From contig DASUKB010000002.1 in NCBI GenBank assembly GCA_036278915.1, positions 30,152 through 94,151 of the forward strand: a DNA stretch of 64,000 nucleotides, written 5' to 3'. The DNA comes from Patescibacteria group bacterium (GTDB taxonomy: Bacteria; Patescibacteriota; Doudnabacteria; UBA920; O2-02-FULL-48-8). Below are positions 62,394 through 64,000 of this stretch, piece by piece. Both the position numbers and the translations under genes were made by a program. Below the pieces are notes generated by a model. It had not been told where the DNA came from and searched no databases. It was given only the letters and a program-made list of their open reading frames with translations. Position 1 is the first letter of the stretch. Every line of letters begins with the position of its first letter.

Positions 62394-64000
62394 TTCGGAA
62401 TATTAACGTGGATGCGGATACTGGTCGTTATGCTGCTGGTATCCGAAAGTTTGACCGTGGCAGTGAGAGTCTGCCAGCCTTTTTTGGCGGAATCAATAGT
62501 GAACGTGTATGGCGCGGAATTTTTTGAGCCTTCCGGAATACCATCCAAATCCAGATCGATTTCCGAGACATTACTTGCCCCCGGATCGACCTGCACGTTT
62601 AAAGGCAGGGATGTTATTTCTTGGTTTGACGTCGGCGTAATAAATTTCACCTGGTTGGTTATGAAGTTTTGGTCAACGGATCCGTTATCCTGCTGTGTTG
62701 GAGGATAACTGTAACCGGCGGCTTTGGCCCAAGCTTCAACCGGGTTTTCCCAGGCTGGGTCATTAGGCTTTTCCGAATGGATTACGGTGTAGACCTTGGT
62801 CTCTACCAGATCTGGCGGGGTCTGATCGGTGGCCAACAGACCATTTTGTTTATTGATTTGTACTGGCACATGTACGTCATCGGTTTCTAATTTAGCAAAG
62901 CTTGAAAAAACCTCTTCTTTGGTTGATGGACTGTATTGGGTCGGCAATTTTCCGGAGAGCGAGTCTACGAGTATGTGTTGAATGCCTGCTGGTTCTTGAA
63001 ACTGTTCAACAGGCGTGTCTTTTAGGGCGCTGGCCATAAACTCATGCCAGATCGGGCCGGCTGTAACTACGCCGTCGGCTCCGGCGCGCATAGGCGTGCC
63101 GTCTGTGTTGCCGGTCCAGACGCCAGCCACGAGTGATGGCGTGTAGCCGAGCGTCCAGCCGTCCTTCCAAGATTGTGTGGTGCCGGTTTTGGCAGCCACG
63201 GGCCGGCCGGGAAGGGTCAGCGGTGAATTGGATCCGAACACGAAGGCTCGAGCGTTATTGTCTGAGAGCACGTTGTTAATTTCGTAGGCTACTTGAGGGT
63301 CCAAAACCTGGGTGCCTTCGTCTGCCTGCCATTGCTGGAGGATGTTCCCTTGGGGATCGGTTACGGACAGGATATCGGCGACATTGTGCCGGACGCCTGT
63401 ATTTGCAAAGACGCCCATGGCAGACGTATGGTCTAAAAGTTCAATTTCACAACCGCCCAAGACCAATGACAGACCGCATTTGTCGGCGCTAATGTCCGCG
63501 GTAATACCCATGTCCTTCATGGTATCAATGGCATTTTGAACTCCAACTAAATCCAAAGTTTTGACCGCTGGGACATTCAATGATCCGTCCAGAGCCGTGC
63601 GGATGCTAACCACGCCGTGACTTGAATTGTCGTAGTTGTGCGGTATGTAATCCTTGCCGCCGTAGGTGCCAAAGTCTGTGACTACATCAGTGAGCATGGT
63701 GGCCGGACCCATGCCTTGTTTGAATGCGGTGGCGTAGACATATGGTTTGATTGATGATCCGGGCTGCAGCGGCCGAAGCGTGACATTGACCTGGCCGTCG
63801 ATGTCATCATTAAAGTAGTCGGCCGAACCAACCATGGCCAAGAGCTTGCCCGTTTTTGGGTCAATGGCAATCAAGCCGGCATTATCTGCCTTATTGGATT
63901 TGGTATTGCGCGCCACGCCGTCATCCACAGCTTGTTGCGCCAGTTGCTGGAGGTTCCAGTCTAGAGTCGTGATTACAGTGAGACCGCCTTCCTCAAGCGT
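62390..64000 (-). CDS. Class A penicillin-binding protein (5' part outside the window)
   Basis: Frame open to the window end (GGLTVITTLD..LQ); SSIK, SLN, KTGT; C-terminal Ig-like domain. Confidence 0.93.
   Translation of the reverse strand, partial: TLEEGGLTVITTLDWNLQQLAQQAVDDGVARNTKSNKADNAGLIAIDPKTGKLLAMVGSADYFNDDIDGQVNVTLRPLQPGSSIKPYVYATAFKQGMGPATMLTDVVTDFGTYGGKDYIPHNYDNSSHGVVSIRTALDGSLNVPAVKTLDLVGVQNAIDTMKDMGITADISADKCGLSLVLGGCEIELLDHTSAMGVFANTGVRHNVADILSVTDPQGNILQQWQADEGTQVLDPQVAYEINNVLSDNNARAFVFGSNSPLTLPGRPVAAKTGTTQSWKDGWTLGYTPSLVAGVWTGNTDGTPMRAGADGVVTAGPIWHEFMASALKDTPVEQFQEPAGIQHILVDSLSGKLPTQYSPSTKEEVFSSFAKLETDDVHVPVQINKQNGLLATDQTPPDLVETKVYTVIHSEKPNDPAWENPVEAWAKAAGYSYPPTQQDNGSVDQNFITNQVKFITPTSNQEITSLPLNVQVDPGASNVSEIDLDLDGIPEGSKNSAPYTFTIDSAKKGWQTLTATVKLSDTSSITTSIRIHVNIPK

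Overview
This is a 64-kb core chromosomal segment around the replication origin of a small-genome bacterium using genetic code 11. I infer it is Patescibacteria/CPR: rpoBC has no rplKAJL upstream, ValRS and TsaB are shortened, PolA lacks the proofreading domain, and orphan genes are scattered throughout. The window holds the dnaA-dnaN-recF / rpmH-rnpA-yidD-yidC-jag origin cluster, rpoBC, uvrABC, ruvAB, polA, valS, trpS, rnj, ychF, rpsF-ssb-rpsR-efp, rpsT, tsaBDE, secG, tRNA-Leu(CAG) and tRNA-Glu(TTC). There is no CRISPR array, transposase or integrase. The unusual signals are mostly smaller than a gene. (1) At least three families of short palindromic elements, plus 7-nt tandem repeats, sit in frame inside housekeeping genes (uvrA, uvrC, phosphomannomutase, ychF, tsaD, valS, polA); the PPL..GG family and the 7-nt repeats also occur between genes. 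(2) An AT-rich GT2 glycosyltransferase gene is split by a G9 tract; G8 would restore the frame. (3) A clear T-box antiterminator lies upstream of valS. (4) A repeat-bracketed mini-operon encodes Cys-rich orphan proteins. (5) A CADD-like/folD/trxB/SDR/cupredoxin operon is present. (6) Many genes have a -10 box exactly 6 nt before the ATG (leaderless-type), while several orphans have strong Shine-Dalgarno sites. All calls come from reading the sequence; no database searches were run.
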